DNA of 64,000 bases from Actinomycetota bacterium (GTDB taxonomy: Bacteria; Actinomycetota; Acidimicrobiia; Acidimicrobiales; Ilumatobacteraceae). A program made the position numbers and the translations under genes. Each line of letters opens with the position of its first letter. The stretch's first letter is position 1. Positions 35,726-45,167 of the stretch are shown in pieces. The stretch lies in assembly GCA_037140375.1 (NCBI GenBank), contig JBAXER010000006.1, positions 975-64,974 of the forward strand, read 5' to 3'. The notes under the pieces were generated by a model. The model was not told the origin of the DNA. It ran no database searches and saw only the letters and a list, made by a program, of their open reading frames with translations.

Positions 35726-37867
35726 TCAGAGAGTGACGGCTACCGCATGCGCCGAATGCATCGCGCCTTCGATGTAGCCCACCTCGCTAGCGTCGCCAAC
35801 CACGTGCACAACGAGGCCCGCGTCGCGAAGTTGGTCGGCGAGGCTGGTGTCGCTGCGCACCTCGCTGGCGATGATGACATCGGTTGCGGTAACCGAGATC
35901 ACATCGCCCGACGCCGTGCCATCGGCGGTATGAACTTGGTACAGCACGTGGGTTGCAGTGATCTCAGTGACCTGTGCGTTGCGCACCAATGTGACCCCGT
36001 GGTTCGTGGTCTTGAGCACTGCAGTCCACCGGCGTGGCATTGCCATGGGCAATCCAAAGTGCGGCCCCTGCTCGAGCACCGTGACCGTGCGGTCGCGCTC
36101 GGCAAGAAACTCGGCGAGCTCAAGACCAACAAGGCCTCCGCCCACGATGACGATGTGCTTACCCACGGGCATCCAGCGGCGTGACAACGATCGGATGGTG
36201 TCGGCGCTCTTGGTGAGGCGCAGTGTGCGTCCGACGGCGAGCGCGGCTCGGTTGAGGAGCGACTGTTTCCCGCCGGCGCTGTCGTCGGTGTGCCCGATGA
36301 TGAGGGCGCGCATCTCGTCGCCGGATCGCACGTGGTCGAGGTCGCCGCCCGGCACAGCAAGGCGATCACGTTTTGCTCCCGTCGCAACCACCACGATGTC
36401 TGGCTGCATGCTCGTGATCGATTCGACGGTGGCGGTGTGCCCGAGCTTGATGTTGACGCCGTTCTGGCGGACTTCGTGGCCGAGCCAATCGACCAACATC
36501 TCGTTCGCGGGTGTGGTGAGTTGGCTGAACCACATCGTTCCGCCGAGCCGATCACCGCGCTCGAGCAGGGTGACGCGATGGCCGCGCTGCGAAGCGATGC
36601 GCGCCGATTCGAGGCCGCCCGGACCGCCACCGATAACCACGACGTGAACGGGCTTTGCGGTGAGTGCAATCTGTTGGGTTGCAGCGATCTCATTGCCAAG
36701 GGCAGGGTTCACAGCGCATCGGGGTGGGGCATCAAAGAAGTTCTGCTCGACGCATACGTAACAGTTGATGCACGGGCGGATCGATGCGCGCTTGCCCTCG
36801 GCGAGTTTGTTGACGAGCTCGGGATCGGCGAGCTGCTGACGGCCAAGAGACACGAAGTCGCATTCGCCAGCGGCAAGCATTTCTTCAGCGATCTCAGGCA
36901 ACAGCCGGCCTACCGCAATCACTGGAATTCGCACAGCGCGCTTCACGGTGGCAGCCATCTCACGGTATTGGCCAACCTCGGCCGGAAGTGGGCCAAGGGT
37001 GAAGTCGCGAAACGGATTCACAGCATTGGCCGAGACATGAATGGCGTCGGCGCCGGCCGCCTCGGCCAGGCGAGCCGTGGCCGCGGTTTCTTCGGGCGTG
37101 ATGCCGCCGGGGATTCCGTATTCGCAGCCGTTGAGGCGCACGATGATGGGGAAGTCGACTCCGACCCGCGCACGAACAGAGCGAATCACTTCGACAAGCA
37201 AGCGCGAGCGCCCATAGAGGTCGCCACCGTATTCGTCGGTGCGCAAGTTGTAGGCCGATGACAAGAAGGTGGAGATCAAGTATCCGTGCGCGCCGTGAAT
37301 CTCGACCGCATCGCAGCCGGCCGATTGCACGCGCGCAGCCGCATCGGCGAACTGCTCTGCGACCCACACCAAGTCGTCGGCGGTAGCTGACTTGTAGGTG
37401 GCCGGCTTCCCCTGTGTTGCTGTGGCGAGCCGCATCAGCTCGTCGATTGGATTGTCGGCGAGCGCGCTGAGATCCATGCGATCTGGCGGAGGGTTCGGCA
37501 CGAGCTGCGGCCGGCCGTCGGCCGAGTCGACACTGGCGGTTTTGCCATGGTGGCACAGCTGCACGCAGACTCTCCCGCCTGCAGCGTGCACGCCTGCGGC
37601 AAGCGCGGTGAGGCCGGGAATGAAACGGTCGTCGCTCAACCCTGGCTGCTTGCGAGAGGTGGCTCCAAGGGGCCACGAGACCGCTGACGCCCCGGTGATA
37701 ACCAATGAGCACCCACCGGCCGCTCGGGCCGAGTAATGCTCAACCTCGGCGACAGTAATGGCGCCCTCATCGCAATGGTTCATGTCCATCGCAGGCAGGA
37801 TCACCCGGTTGGGCAAGGTCATCGATCCGATCGATGCGGGGCTCAACATGGTGCGAAAGTCGGTCAC
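35726..37867 (-). CDS. OYE-family NADH:flavin oxidoreductase fused to an FAD/NAD(P)-binding domain (2,4-dienoyl-CoA reductase FadH-like)
   Basis: 713 aa with an N-terminal TIM-barrel OYE domain. The 4Fe-4S ligands are CINCYVCVEQ...C. Two dinucleotide-binding motifs are present (VVVIGGGPGG and IVIVGGGLVG). Confidence 0.9.
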   Translation of the reverse strand: MTDFRTMLSPASIGSMTLPNRVILPAMDMNHCDEGAITVAEVEHYSARAAGGCSLVITGASAVSWPLGATSRKQPGLSDDRFIPGLTALAAGVHAAGGRVCVQLCHHGKTASVDSADGRPQLVPNPPPDRMDLSALADNPIDELMRLATATQGKPATYKSATADDLVWVAEQFADAAARVQSAGCDAVEIHGAHGYLISTFLSSAYNLRTDEYGGDLYGRSRLLVEVIRSVRARVGVDFPIIVRLNGCEYGIPGGITPEETAATARLAEAAGADAIHVSANAVNPFRDFTLGPLPAEVGQYREMAATVKRAVRIPVIAVGRLLPEIAEEMLAAGECDFVSLGRQQLADPELVNKLAEGKRASIRPCINCYVCVEQNFFDAPPRCAVNPALGNEIAATQQIALTAKPVHVVVIGGGPGGLESARIASQRGHRVTLLERGDRLGGTMWFSQLTTPANEMLVDWLGHEVRQNGVNIKLGHTATVESITSMQPDIVVVATGAKRDRLAVPGGDLDHVRSGDEMRALIIGHTDDSAGGKQSLLNRAALAVGRTLRLTKSADTIRSLSRRWMPVGKHIVIVGGGLVGLELAEFLAERDRTVTVLEQGPHFGLPMAMPRRWTAVLKTTNHGVTLVRNAQVTEITATHVLYQVHTADGTASGDVISVTATDVIIASEVRSDTSLADQLRDAGLVVHVVGDASEVGYIEGAMHSAHAVAVTL

Positions 37868-37937
37868 GAAAACCGACGATACGTCAGATCACACTTGAAC
37901 GAGGTTGTCAGGCGTTGCGGGTGCAAGAGTAGGTGCC

Positions 37938-39599
37938 ATGGGGATCACATTTGATGAGGCAATGGGGCAGACAACCGCGGCTGGCAGCCAGTTCGAGATC
38001 GGCGATGCGCTGATCAACGGCGCAATGCAGCGGGTGTTTGTGAACGCCCCGCCGAACCTCACAGCGTTCTATGCAGCGGCGCCTGCCGAGTCCACGTTCT
38101 TGGTTTACGAAGACGAGAACTACACGTTTGGTCAGGTTCGTGAGACCAGTGCTGCGCTTGGTGCGGCGCTCGTCGAGCGATACGGAGTCCGCAAGGGAGA
38201 TCGCGTTGCGGTTGCGATGCGTAACTTTCCCGAGTGGGTCATCGCGTTCGCCGCGATCACCTCGATCGGAGCCATCTCGGTGTCGATGAACTCGTGGTGG
38301 ACCGAGGACGAAATGGACTTCGCTCTCGAAGACTGCGGAGCCAAGGTGCTCATCGCCGATGACATCCGCATTGAGCGCTCGTTGTCGTCGTGCGCCCGGT
38401 TGGGCACGCGAATTATCGGCGTTCGTCTCGACACAGTTCCTGCTGGCGTCGACACATGGAACGACGTCGTCATTCCCGGCACGCCCATGCCGCAGGTAGA
38501 CATTGGTCCGCACGACGACGCCACCATCTTGTACACATCGGGCACCACCGGACGGCCGAAGGGCGCGGTGTCTACGCATGGTTCGATCATTCAAGCGATG
38601 ATGGCGTTCTCGTGTCGTGCCGCTGCCGAGCGCTTGCGCCAACCATCCGAGCCGCTCACGCATCCGCCCGCGTTCATCTTGATCGTGCCGCTGTTCCATG
38701 TCACCGGCTGCGTGCCCGTGATGCTTGGCTGTTTCGCCGGCGGCGTGAAGCTGGTCATCATGTACAAGTGGGATGCCGACAAGGCGCTCGAGCTCATCGA
38801 GCGTGAACACGTCACCAACTTCGTGGGCGTGCCCACCCAGAGTTGGGATCTCGTGCACTCTCCACGTTTCAGCGAGTTCGATACCTCAAGTCTGCGCGAT
38901 ATCGGCGGCGGTGGAGCACCTGCGCCACCAGCATTGGTCGAGAAGGTCTCGAGCAGCTTCGCCAAGGGCAAGCCCACCATTGGTTACGGCATGACCGAGA
39001 CCAATGCCTATGGCCCCGGCAACCGTGGCCAGGATTACGTGAATAAGCCCACCAGTTCGGGGCGTGTCGTTCCGATCATGACCATTGGTGTTCGCGACCC
39101 CGAGGGCAATGCGCTGCCGGTGGGCGAGCGTGGCGAGATCTGGTTCAAAGGCCCCAACCTCATTCGTGGATACTGGAATCGCCCAGAGGCAACAGCCGAG
39201 ACCATCGTCGATGGTTGGTTGCGGTCGGGCGACCTTGGTCATCTCGACGACGAAGGATTCATTTACGTTGAAGACCGTGTGAAAGACATGATTCTGCGCG
39301 CTGGCGAAAATGTGTATTGCGCCGAGGTCGAGGCCGCTGTCTACGAGCACGACAGTGTGCACGAGGCAGCAGTGTTTGGTGTTCCGCACGAGCGTCTTGG
39401 CGAAGAGGTTGCCGTCGCCATTTTGGTGAAGGCTGGAGCCCAGCTCACGGCACAAGAGATTCGAGATCACGTTGCGGTGCGGTTGGCCTCGTTCAAGGTG
39501 CCAGCACACGTGATCTTCTTTACCGAGGCGCTACCGCGTAACGCGTCGGGCAAGATCCTTAAGCGCGAACTGCAGCGTCAAATCGCCGACGCAAAGTAG
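37938..39599 (+). CDS. acyl-CoA synthetase / AMP-dependent ligase (class I adenylate-forming enzyme)
   Basis: The start is ATG at 37938 (MGITFDEAM), giving 553 aa. The AMP-binding motif is ILYTSGTTGRPKGA. Downstream motifs are GYGMTET, GDLGHLDDEGFIYVEDRVKD and GKILKREL. Confidence 0.85.
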   Translation: MGITFDEAMGQTTAAGSQFEIGDALINGAMQRVFVNAPPNLTAFYAAAPAESTFLVYEDENYTFGQVRETSAALGAALVERYGVRKGDRVAVAMRNFPEWVIAFAAITSIGAISVSMNSWWTEDEMDFALEDCGAKVLIADDIRIERSLSSCARLGTRIIGVRLDTVPAGVDTWNDVVIPGTPMPQVDIGPHDDATILYTSGTTGRPKGAVSTHGSIIQAMMAFSCRAAAERLRQPSEPLTHPPAFILIVPLFHVTGCVPVMLGCFAGGVKLVIMYKWDADKALELIEREHVTNFVGVPTQSWDLVHSPRFSEFDTSSLRDIGGGGAPAPPALVEKVSSSFAKGKPTIGYGMTETNAYGPGNRGQDYVNKPTSSGRVVPIMTIGVRDPEGNALPVGERGEIWFKGPNLIRGYWNRPEATAETIVDGWLRSGDLGHLDDEGFIYVEDRVKDMILRAGENVYCAEVEAAVYEHDSVHEAAVFGVPHERLGEEVAVAILVKAGAQLTAQEIRDHVAVRLASFKVPAHVIFFTEALPRNASGKILKRELQRQIADAK

Positions 39600-39629
39600 T
39601 TGCACATGCAACTACTGATGTAGCAACAC

Positions 39630-41003
39630 CTACAGCTGAAGCAGGGCGTTCTCGACCAGCTCGGTAAGCGCCGGATGAATGTAGATCTGCTCACGCGCCA
39701 TCTGGTCGACAGTTTGACCAAACTTCATTCCCTGGATGAGCTGCTGAATCAAGATGCTCGACTGCGGCCCAATAATGTGCGCGCCCAACAACTGCCGCGT
39801 ATTGGGGTCAGCGATCAGCTTGCAAAAGTGGTCGGTGTCTTCCATCGCCCAGCCAAAAGCGACGTCGGCATAACGCTGTACGGCGGTGATGTAGGGCAGG
39901 CCAGCAGCGCGCAGCGACTGTTCGGTTTCGCCAACGGAGGCCACCTGTGGATCAGCGAATACGGCGTGGGGGATGGGCCACAGGTCGGCGGTGCGCATGG
40001 TGTCGGGGTGGATGATGTTGTGCGCCACGGCGCGGCATTCGGCGTTGGCAACATGCTTGAGCTGATTCGGATTGGTGACGTCGCCAAGCGCCCAAACGCC
40101 GGGCACGTTTGTGCGCAGATATTCGTCGGTGATGATGAAGCCGTCTTGGTCGAGCTCAACGCCGGCTGATTCAAGGTTCATCAGATCGCCATTGGGGGTG
40201 CGACCGATCGCGATAAGTAGCGCATCGCCGGTGATGCGATGCGTGTGGCCATCGGTCTTCACCTTCACGGTGATTTCGTCGCCCACCTGATCGACGCGCT
40301 CGATGTGAGTGTGCGTGCGTACATCGAACCGCTTGCTGTAGAGCTCGGTGAATCGCTCGCTGACGGCCTCGTCTTCGCGGGCCAACAAACGCCCACTGCG
40401 AATGATCATGGTGATGCGGCTGCCCATTGCTGCGAACACATGCGCCATCTCTGTGGCGATGTAGCCGCCACCGAAGATGATGAGGTGCTCGGGCACCGCC
40501 GCCACGCGCATGATGGTGTCGCTGGTGTGGAAATCGACAGCATCGAGTCCGTCGATGTGCGGCAATGTGGGCCGGGCTCCGGCGGCCACCACAATGTGTT
40601 CAGCCGTAATGTGCTCACCGTTGACCTCGATCACCTTGGGCGCCACGAAGGTGCCCTCGCCGGTGAACACGTGCACATTGTCGAGCGATTCGCGATACGC
40701 CTTACCGCTCGGGGGGATCGAATCGATGCGACCGAAAACACGGTTCACGATGTCGGGCCAACGCACCTGATTCACGGTGGCATCGATGCCGAATTTCGAA
40801 GCGGTTTGGATGTGTGACACCACATCGGCGGTGTACACCAACATCTTCGTCGGGATGCAGCCACGGTTGAGGCAGGTGCCGCCGAAAACGTCTTTTTCGA
40901 CGATGGCGACGCGAAGGTTGTCCCACTCGGGAGTGAGCAAGCTGTTGCCCGACCCCGTGCCAATGATGATGACGTCAAACTCTGTGGCCGAATGCTGCTG
41001 CAT
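39630..41003 (-). CDS. mtr: mycothione (mycothiol disulfide) reductase homologue, class I pyridine nucleotide-disulfide oxidoreductase
   Basis: 457 aa starting at MQQHSATEFDVIIIGTGSGNS. The redox-active disulfide is GGTCLNRGCIPTKM. The C-terminal HPALTELVENALLQL closely parallels my memory of M. tuberculosis Mtr over its full length. The start lies 10 nt after the upstream stop. Confidence 0.8.
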   Translation of the reverse strand: MQQHSATEFDVIIIGTGSGNSLLTPEWDNLRVAIVEKDVFGGTCLNRGCIPTKMLVYTADVVSHIQTASKFGIDATVNQVRWPDIVNRVFGRIDSIPPSGKAYRESLDNVHVFTGEGTFVAPKVIEVNGEHITAEHIVVAAGARPTLPHIDGLDAVDFHTSDTIMRVAAVPEHLIIFGGGYIATEMAHVFAAMGSRITMIIRSGRLLAREDEAVSERFTELYSKRFDVRTHTHIERVDQVGDEITVKVKTDGHTHRITGDALLIAIGRTPNGDLMNLESAGVELDQDGFIITDEYLRTNVPGVWALGDVTNPNQLKHVANAECRAVAHNIIHPDTMRTADLWPIPHAVFADPQVASVGETEQSLRAAGLPYITAVQRYADVAFGWAMEDTDHFCKLIADPNTRQLLGAHIIGPQSSILIQQLIQGMKFGQTVDQMAREQIYIHPALTELVENALLQL

Positions 41004-41013
41004 CCGATTGACC

Positions 41014-42174
41014 CTAGGGCTTGTCTTTGCCGACGACCCACATTGCGAAGAACTGGCTGCCGCCGCCGTAGGCATGACCGAATGCTTTACGCACGCTGTC
41101 GACCTGATGCTCGCCGGCAATACCCATCACTTGCATAGCAGCCTCGCCGAATCTCAACATGCCGCTGGCACCGATTGGGTTCGTTGACAACACCCCGCCA
41201 CTGCAGTTCACCGGAAGGCGACCAGTCATCTCGGTGACGCCGTCTTCGACAAAGCGCCAACCGTGATCCTTGGGAGCGAAGCCGAGGCTTTCGAGCCACA
41301 TTGGTTCGAACCAGGCGAACGGTACGTACATCTCGACAGCGTCGATCTCGTCGATTGGTGACGTGATGCCAGCCTTGCGCCATAGATCGTTGGCGCAGTC
41401 TTCGCTGGCCCGTGGGCTCACCTGGTTGCGACCGGCAAACGCGGTTGGCTCGCTGCGCATTGCAGTGGCATGCACCCATGCCTTGGGACCGTCGTGGGCG
41501 TCGGCGACATCTTCGCTGGCGAGCACCAATGCCATCGCGCCGTCGCTACTTGGGCAGGTCTCGACCATGCGCACTGGATCCCACAGCATCGGGCTAGCCA
41601 TCGCCTTTTCGAGTGTCCAGTCGGGCTCGTGCAGGTGTGCGTATGGGTTGCGGCATGCGTTGGTGCGGTCCTTCACGGCCACCATGCAACCAATGTGCGA
41701 TGGTGCGCCGCTGCGCTTGATGTACGAGCGAATGATTGGCGAGAAGTAGCCGCCGGCACCTGCGTGCACTGGCATCCCGAAAGGCATCGGCACCGATAGC
41801 GCCCACATCGCGTTGCCGTCGCTCTGCTTTTCGAAGCCAACGGTAAGCACTCGCTTGTGCACGCCCGACATCACGTGCTGCGCAGCCACGATTGCGGTGG
41901 AGCCGCCGACGCTGCCTGCGGTGTGCACACGGAACACGGGCTTACCGGCAGCGGCGAGTGAGTCGACGAGCCACAGTTCGGGCATCATCACACCCTCGAG
42001 CATGTCGGGTGCCTTGCCGATGACGATCGCGTCGATGTCGGCCATCGTGAGCTGAGCTGACTCGAGCGCACGATCTACAGCTTCACGGACGAGGCCCGCA
42101 ATAGAGACGTCGGCCCGGCACGAAGTGTGCTGGGTCTGACCAACGCCGATGACAGCACAACGCTCAGCCATCAC
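41014..42174 (-). CDS. thiolase-fold (SCP2/Ltp-type lipid-transfer) protein
   Basis: 386 aa. The N-terminus AVIGVGQT, the internal VHTAGSVGGSTAI and the C-terminal NCSGGVLSTNPIGASG and GHAYGGGSQFF are typical of Ltp-type thiolase-like proteins. The start overlaps the upstream stop (GTGA). Confidence 0.85.
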   Translation of the reverse strand: MMAERCAVIGVGQTQHTSCRADVSIAGLVREAVDRALESAQLTMADIDAIVIGKAPDMLEGVMMPELWLVDSLAAAGKPVFRVHTAGSVGGSTAIVAAQHVMSGVHKRVLTVGFEKQSDGNAMWALSVPMPFGMPVHAGAGGYFSPIIRSYIKRSGAPSHIGCMVAVKDRTNACRNPYAHLHEPDWTLEKAMASPMLWDPVRMVETCPSSDGAMALVLASEDVADAHDGPKAWVHATAMRSEPTAFAGRNQVSPRASEDCANDLWRKAGITSPIDEIDAVEMYVPFAWFEPMWLESLGFAPKDHGWRFVEDGVTEMTGRLPVNCSGGVLSTNPIGASGMLRFGEAAMQVMGIAGEHQVDSVRKAFGHAYGGGSQFFAMWVVGKDKP

Positions 42175-43223
42175 TCACCTTCCAATACACACACGAGGTT
42201 TTGTTGCATCCATGCACCCGATGACGCATGCCCGATGGCGCGGTCGGCGGTGCCGTTCATGACGCGGGTCGCAGCTTCGGCGAAGCGGGCGAGACCAGCA
42301 GACATCATTGGGTTCGCGCAGAGCGCTCCGCCACTTGGGTTGATCGTTGTTGACTCGCTGAGCCCGAGCGCACTGGTGAGCAACAGCTCTTGGTGACTGT
42401 ACGGCGCATGCAGTTCGGCAACATCGATTTTGTCGTTCGCAACGCCAGCCTTATGGGCTGCAAGCGCAGCCGATGGCAACGTGGTCATCGACCGGTTACC
42501 AAGGTTCTGCGACTCGATGCGGTGATCGATGCCGCGGATCCATGCGGGGCGGTCAGCGAGGCTGCGAGCCCTATCGCCGGCAGCGATGATCACGGCGGTC
42601 ACGCCGTCGGCGTGGGCTGGGCAATCGAGCTCGCGTAACGGATCGGCCACCAATTGGGCGGCCATCAACGCCTCGATCGAGTGATCGCCACGACGCAGTG
42701 CCTTGGGGTTCGTGAGCGCGTTGCGATGGCTGCGCTGCGCCACTTCAGCCATGGCACGTTCGGTGACAACGCCCGACTCGAGACACGCACGTGCCTGCAT
42801 TGCGGCGATCGAGCGATCGTCGGGCCACAGTGGTCCAACGACATACGGATCGAGTTGCAGGGTGAGGATGCGGTTGATGTCGCCGCTACTGCTGCGTCCG
42901 TTACCGAACACCAACGCGGTGTCGATCTCGCCGGTCTGAATCTTCAGCCAAGCTTCGTAGAGAGCAAAGGCGCCGTCGGCTTCGACATGGCTTTCGATGA
43001 TCGGCGGCCACGCGCCCAACGCATCGACGGCCGACACGAAACTGAACGGCTGACCGGTCATGTAGTCGCAACTGCCGTGGCACCAAAACCCGATGTCGGT
43101 CTTGGTCATTGAGGCGTTGGCGAGCACTTGCTGAATCACCGGAATCAGCATCTCGACAGGAGTCGAGGTAGTGGTTGAAGTGTTGTCGGCCTGTGCCGAC
43201 GCGATAATGGCTACTTCACGCAT
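42171..43223 (-). CDS. thiolase-fold protein (second, more divergent subunit)
   Basis: 350 aa. Thiolase-like C-terminal blocks are present (INPSGGALCANPMMSAGL and GHASSGAWMQQN). The N-terminal half is divergent. Confidence 0.75.
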   Translation of the reverse strand: MREVAIIASAQADNTSTTTSTPVEMLIPVIQQVLANASMTKTDIGFWCHGSCDYMTGQPFSFVSAVDALGAWPPIIESHVEADGAFALYEAWLKIQTGEIDTALVFGNGRSSSGDINRILTLQLDPYVVGPLWPDDRSIAAMQARACLESGVVTERAMAEVAQRSHRNALTNPKALRRGDHSIEALMAAQLVADPLRELDCPAHADGVTAVIIAAGDRARSLADRPAWIRGIDHRIESQNLGNRSMTTLPSAALAAHKAGVANDKIDVAELHAPYSHQELLLTSALGLSESTTINPSGGALCANPMMSAGLARFAEAATRVMNGTADRAIGHASSGAWMQQNLVCVLEGE

Positions 43224-43238
43224 GACTGATCTCCCGGC

Positions 43239-43730
43239 TCACAAGTGACCCGCGTAGGACTCGAATGGGGCATCGGGTTCGCCGGTTGGGCGGAAGTGCA
43301 TCACGTTCTCAAGCGATGGCTGCCACTCTTCGCGAGGCCTCCACACTGGCTCAACACGCATGCCCATGCGCACATCGGCTGCATCGACTTCTTGGATGAG
43401 GTGTTGCATGCCCATGTCGGCACCATCGAGAAGGATGGTGGCCGAGACATACGGGATTTTGATGGTCTGACCGAGGAACGGCACGTTGACCACGCAGAAG
43501 GTAGTGATGGTGCCGCGCTGACCAACTTCTACATCTTCGCCAAGCAAGGCACCACACTTCGCGCAGGTGCCGTTGCGGGGAGGCATGTAGACGAGCTCGC
43601 ACACGGGGCAACGCTTGCCCACGAAGCGACCGTCCATCAGCCCGAGCAGGTGGCTGCTCACACGAGGTCCCGCCGAGTACTGGTATTTGATGCTGATAGG
43701 TGTGCGAATACGCAGAACGTCGTCGCTCAT
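43239..43730 (-). CDS. Zn-ribbon + OB-fold protein (DUF35 family)
   Basis: The start at MSDDVLRI overlaps the upstream stop (ATGA at 43727-43730), giving 163 aa. The CxxC...CxxC ribbon reads CPVCELVYMPPRNGTCAKCG, followed by an OB-fold. Confidence 0.8.
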   Translation of the reverse strand: MSDDVLRIRTPISIKYQYSAGPRVSSHLLGLMDGRFVGKRCPVCELVYMPPRNGTCAKCGALLGEDVEVGQRGTITTFCVVNVPFLGQTIKIPYVSATILLDGADMGMQHLIQEVDAADVRMGMRVEPVWRPREEWQPSLENVMHFRPTGEPDAPFESYAGHL

Positions 43731-44209
43731 GCTGGGCTCCCTGAGGTGAGGTCGAAGCACACGATGTCGGTGATGCTGCCGGATGGTTCGGCGGCCCAGC
43801 GAGCGGTCACGCGCATGCCGGTTTTGATTGCGTCGGCGCTTCCTGCGTCGACTGCGTGCAACAGATTTGTGTCGGCGCCATCAAGCGAAATCAGCGCCCA
43901 CGCAAATGGGTGCTGCAACGTGTTGCCCTCTACTGGGGCGGGCTGCCACGACCACGTGACGATGGTGCCGGTAGACGCCACGTCGGCCCATTCGGTGAGA
44001 TGATCACCCGTGATCGGATCGAACTCGGCGGGCGGCACGTGTACACGTCCGTCGCTTCCTTTGGTGCCCTCAATGCGCTGCTCGCGCAGGCCTGTGAGGA
44101 AGCGGCTCAGGATCGGGCCGACCGTGCGCTTGTATGGATAGGAAAGCTCGAGTGGCGCCGTGAAGGAGCCATCGGCGGCAATGGAGTATTCGGAGGTTCC
44201 ACCGGACAT
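43727..44209 (-). CDS. OB-fold protein, DUF35-like with degenerate (Cys-less) zinc ribbon
   Basis: The start is at MSGGTSEYS, giving 160 aa. It has the same length and architecture as the neighbouring DUF35 protein. The ribbon region (DGRVHVPPAEFDPITGDHL) contains no cysteines. Confidence 0.65.
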   Translation of the reverse strand: MSGGTSEYSIAADGSFTAPLELSYPYKRTVGPILSRFLTGLREQRIEGTKGSDGRVHVPPAEFDPITGDHLTEWADVASTGTIVTWSWQPAPVEGNTLQHPFAWALISLDGADTNLLHAVDAGSADAIKTGMRVTARWAAEPSGSITDIVCFDLTSGSPA

Positions 44210-44317
44210 GGAGATCGTTCTATCAGGTTTCTGACGCGTCGTCAGATACGAGCGCGAGATCCTCATCGTTGTTTGTTTCGTTCGCTTCGCAGACACCAAC
44301 ATGCGTAGGGTCTCGCC

Positions 44318-45031
44318 ATGACTTCAGAACATGTCTCCGTCGAACGCCGCGATTCAGTGCTGGTTGTGCACCTTGATGACGGCAAGGCCAACGCACTGTC
44401 GTCGTCGATGATTGGTGCCATTGGCGCCGCGCTCGATCAGGCCGAAGCCGACGACTCAATCGGTGCGGTCGTGTTGCACGGCCGTGAGGGCAAGTTCTGT
44501 GCAGGCTTCGACCTTTCGGTGATGCGCGGTGGCGACATCTCGGCGATGGCCAACCTGGTGTGCGACGGCGGCGAGCTCGTGAGTCGTCTCTACGGTTCGT
44601 CCATTCCAGTGGTTGCTGCGTGCACCGGTCACGCGTTGGCTGCGGGCGCGTTGTTGTTGCTCGGATGCGACGTGCGCATCGGCGCCGATGTCGATTGCAA
44701 GATCGGCCTCAACGAAGTTGCTATCGGCATGGTGCTGCCCGACTGGGCGTTCAACATCGCGGTCGAGCGTTTGAGCCGCCGCCATCTTCAGCTTGCGGTA
44801 GCCACGGCGCGAATCACCGATGCTCGCGGCGCTGTCGATGTTGGGTATCTCGACGAGGTCGCTCCAGTCGATTCGGTGCTCGATGTTGCGGTGGCTCGTG
44901 CTTCCGAGCTGGCAACGCTCAACGGCCGCGCATACGCAGGCACCGTGAGGGCCTTGCGTGGCGAGCTGCTCGCCGAGATGGCCACCCAGATTGCCTCCGA
45001 TCGGGCGATGGGGCGCGTACCTACCGTCTGA
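44318..45031 (+). CDS. enoyl-CoA hydratase/isomerase (crotonase) family protein
   Basis: 237 aa. Crotonase-fold blocks are VVLHGREGKFCAGFDL and VAACTGHALAAGALLLLGCDVRIG. Confidence 0.85.
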   Translation: MTSEHVSVERRDSVLVVHLDDGKANALSSSMIGAIGAALDQAEADDSIGAVVLHGREGKFCAGFDLSVMRGGDISAMANLVCDGGELVSRLYGSSIPVVAACTGHALAAGALLLLGCDVRIGADVDCKIGLNEVAIGMVLPDWAFNIAVERLSRRHLQLAVATARITDARGAVDVGYLDEVAPVDSVLDVAVARASELATLNGRAYAGTVRALRGELLAEMATQIASDRAMGRVPTV

Positions 45032-45065
45032 GTCGTTTCGGCTCTTTGTGGGTCGGCGTTGTCAA

Positions 45066-45081
45066 TCGAACACTTGTTCTA
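45066..45081. promoter_or_regulatory. candidate LexA SOS box (TCGAAC-N4-GTTCTA)
   Basis: TCGAACACTTGTTCTA matches the mycobacterial/actinobacterial SOS-box consensus TCGAAC-N4-GTTCGA at 11 of 12 specified positions. It lies about 90 nt upstream of the DUF222/HNH start. Confidence 0.45.
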
Positions 45082-45167
45082 TAGAGTTGCCCCCGCTCGT
45101 CTTCCCCGAGCAACTCGATGGGTTCGCCCATCCTCACGTTGGTGAGCGTTGCGTTCAGGGGGTGATT

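Noticed and set aside
44958-45167. Upstream part of the 480-aa DUF222/HNH ORF
   Set aside because: It overlaps the end of the crotonase gene in another frame. It then crosses the non-coding spacer that contains the SOS-box candidate. GTG starts after AGGGGG at 45162-45171 are more plausible.
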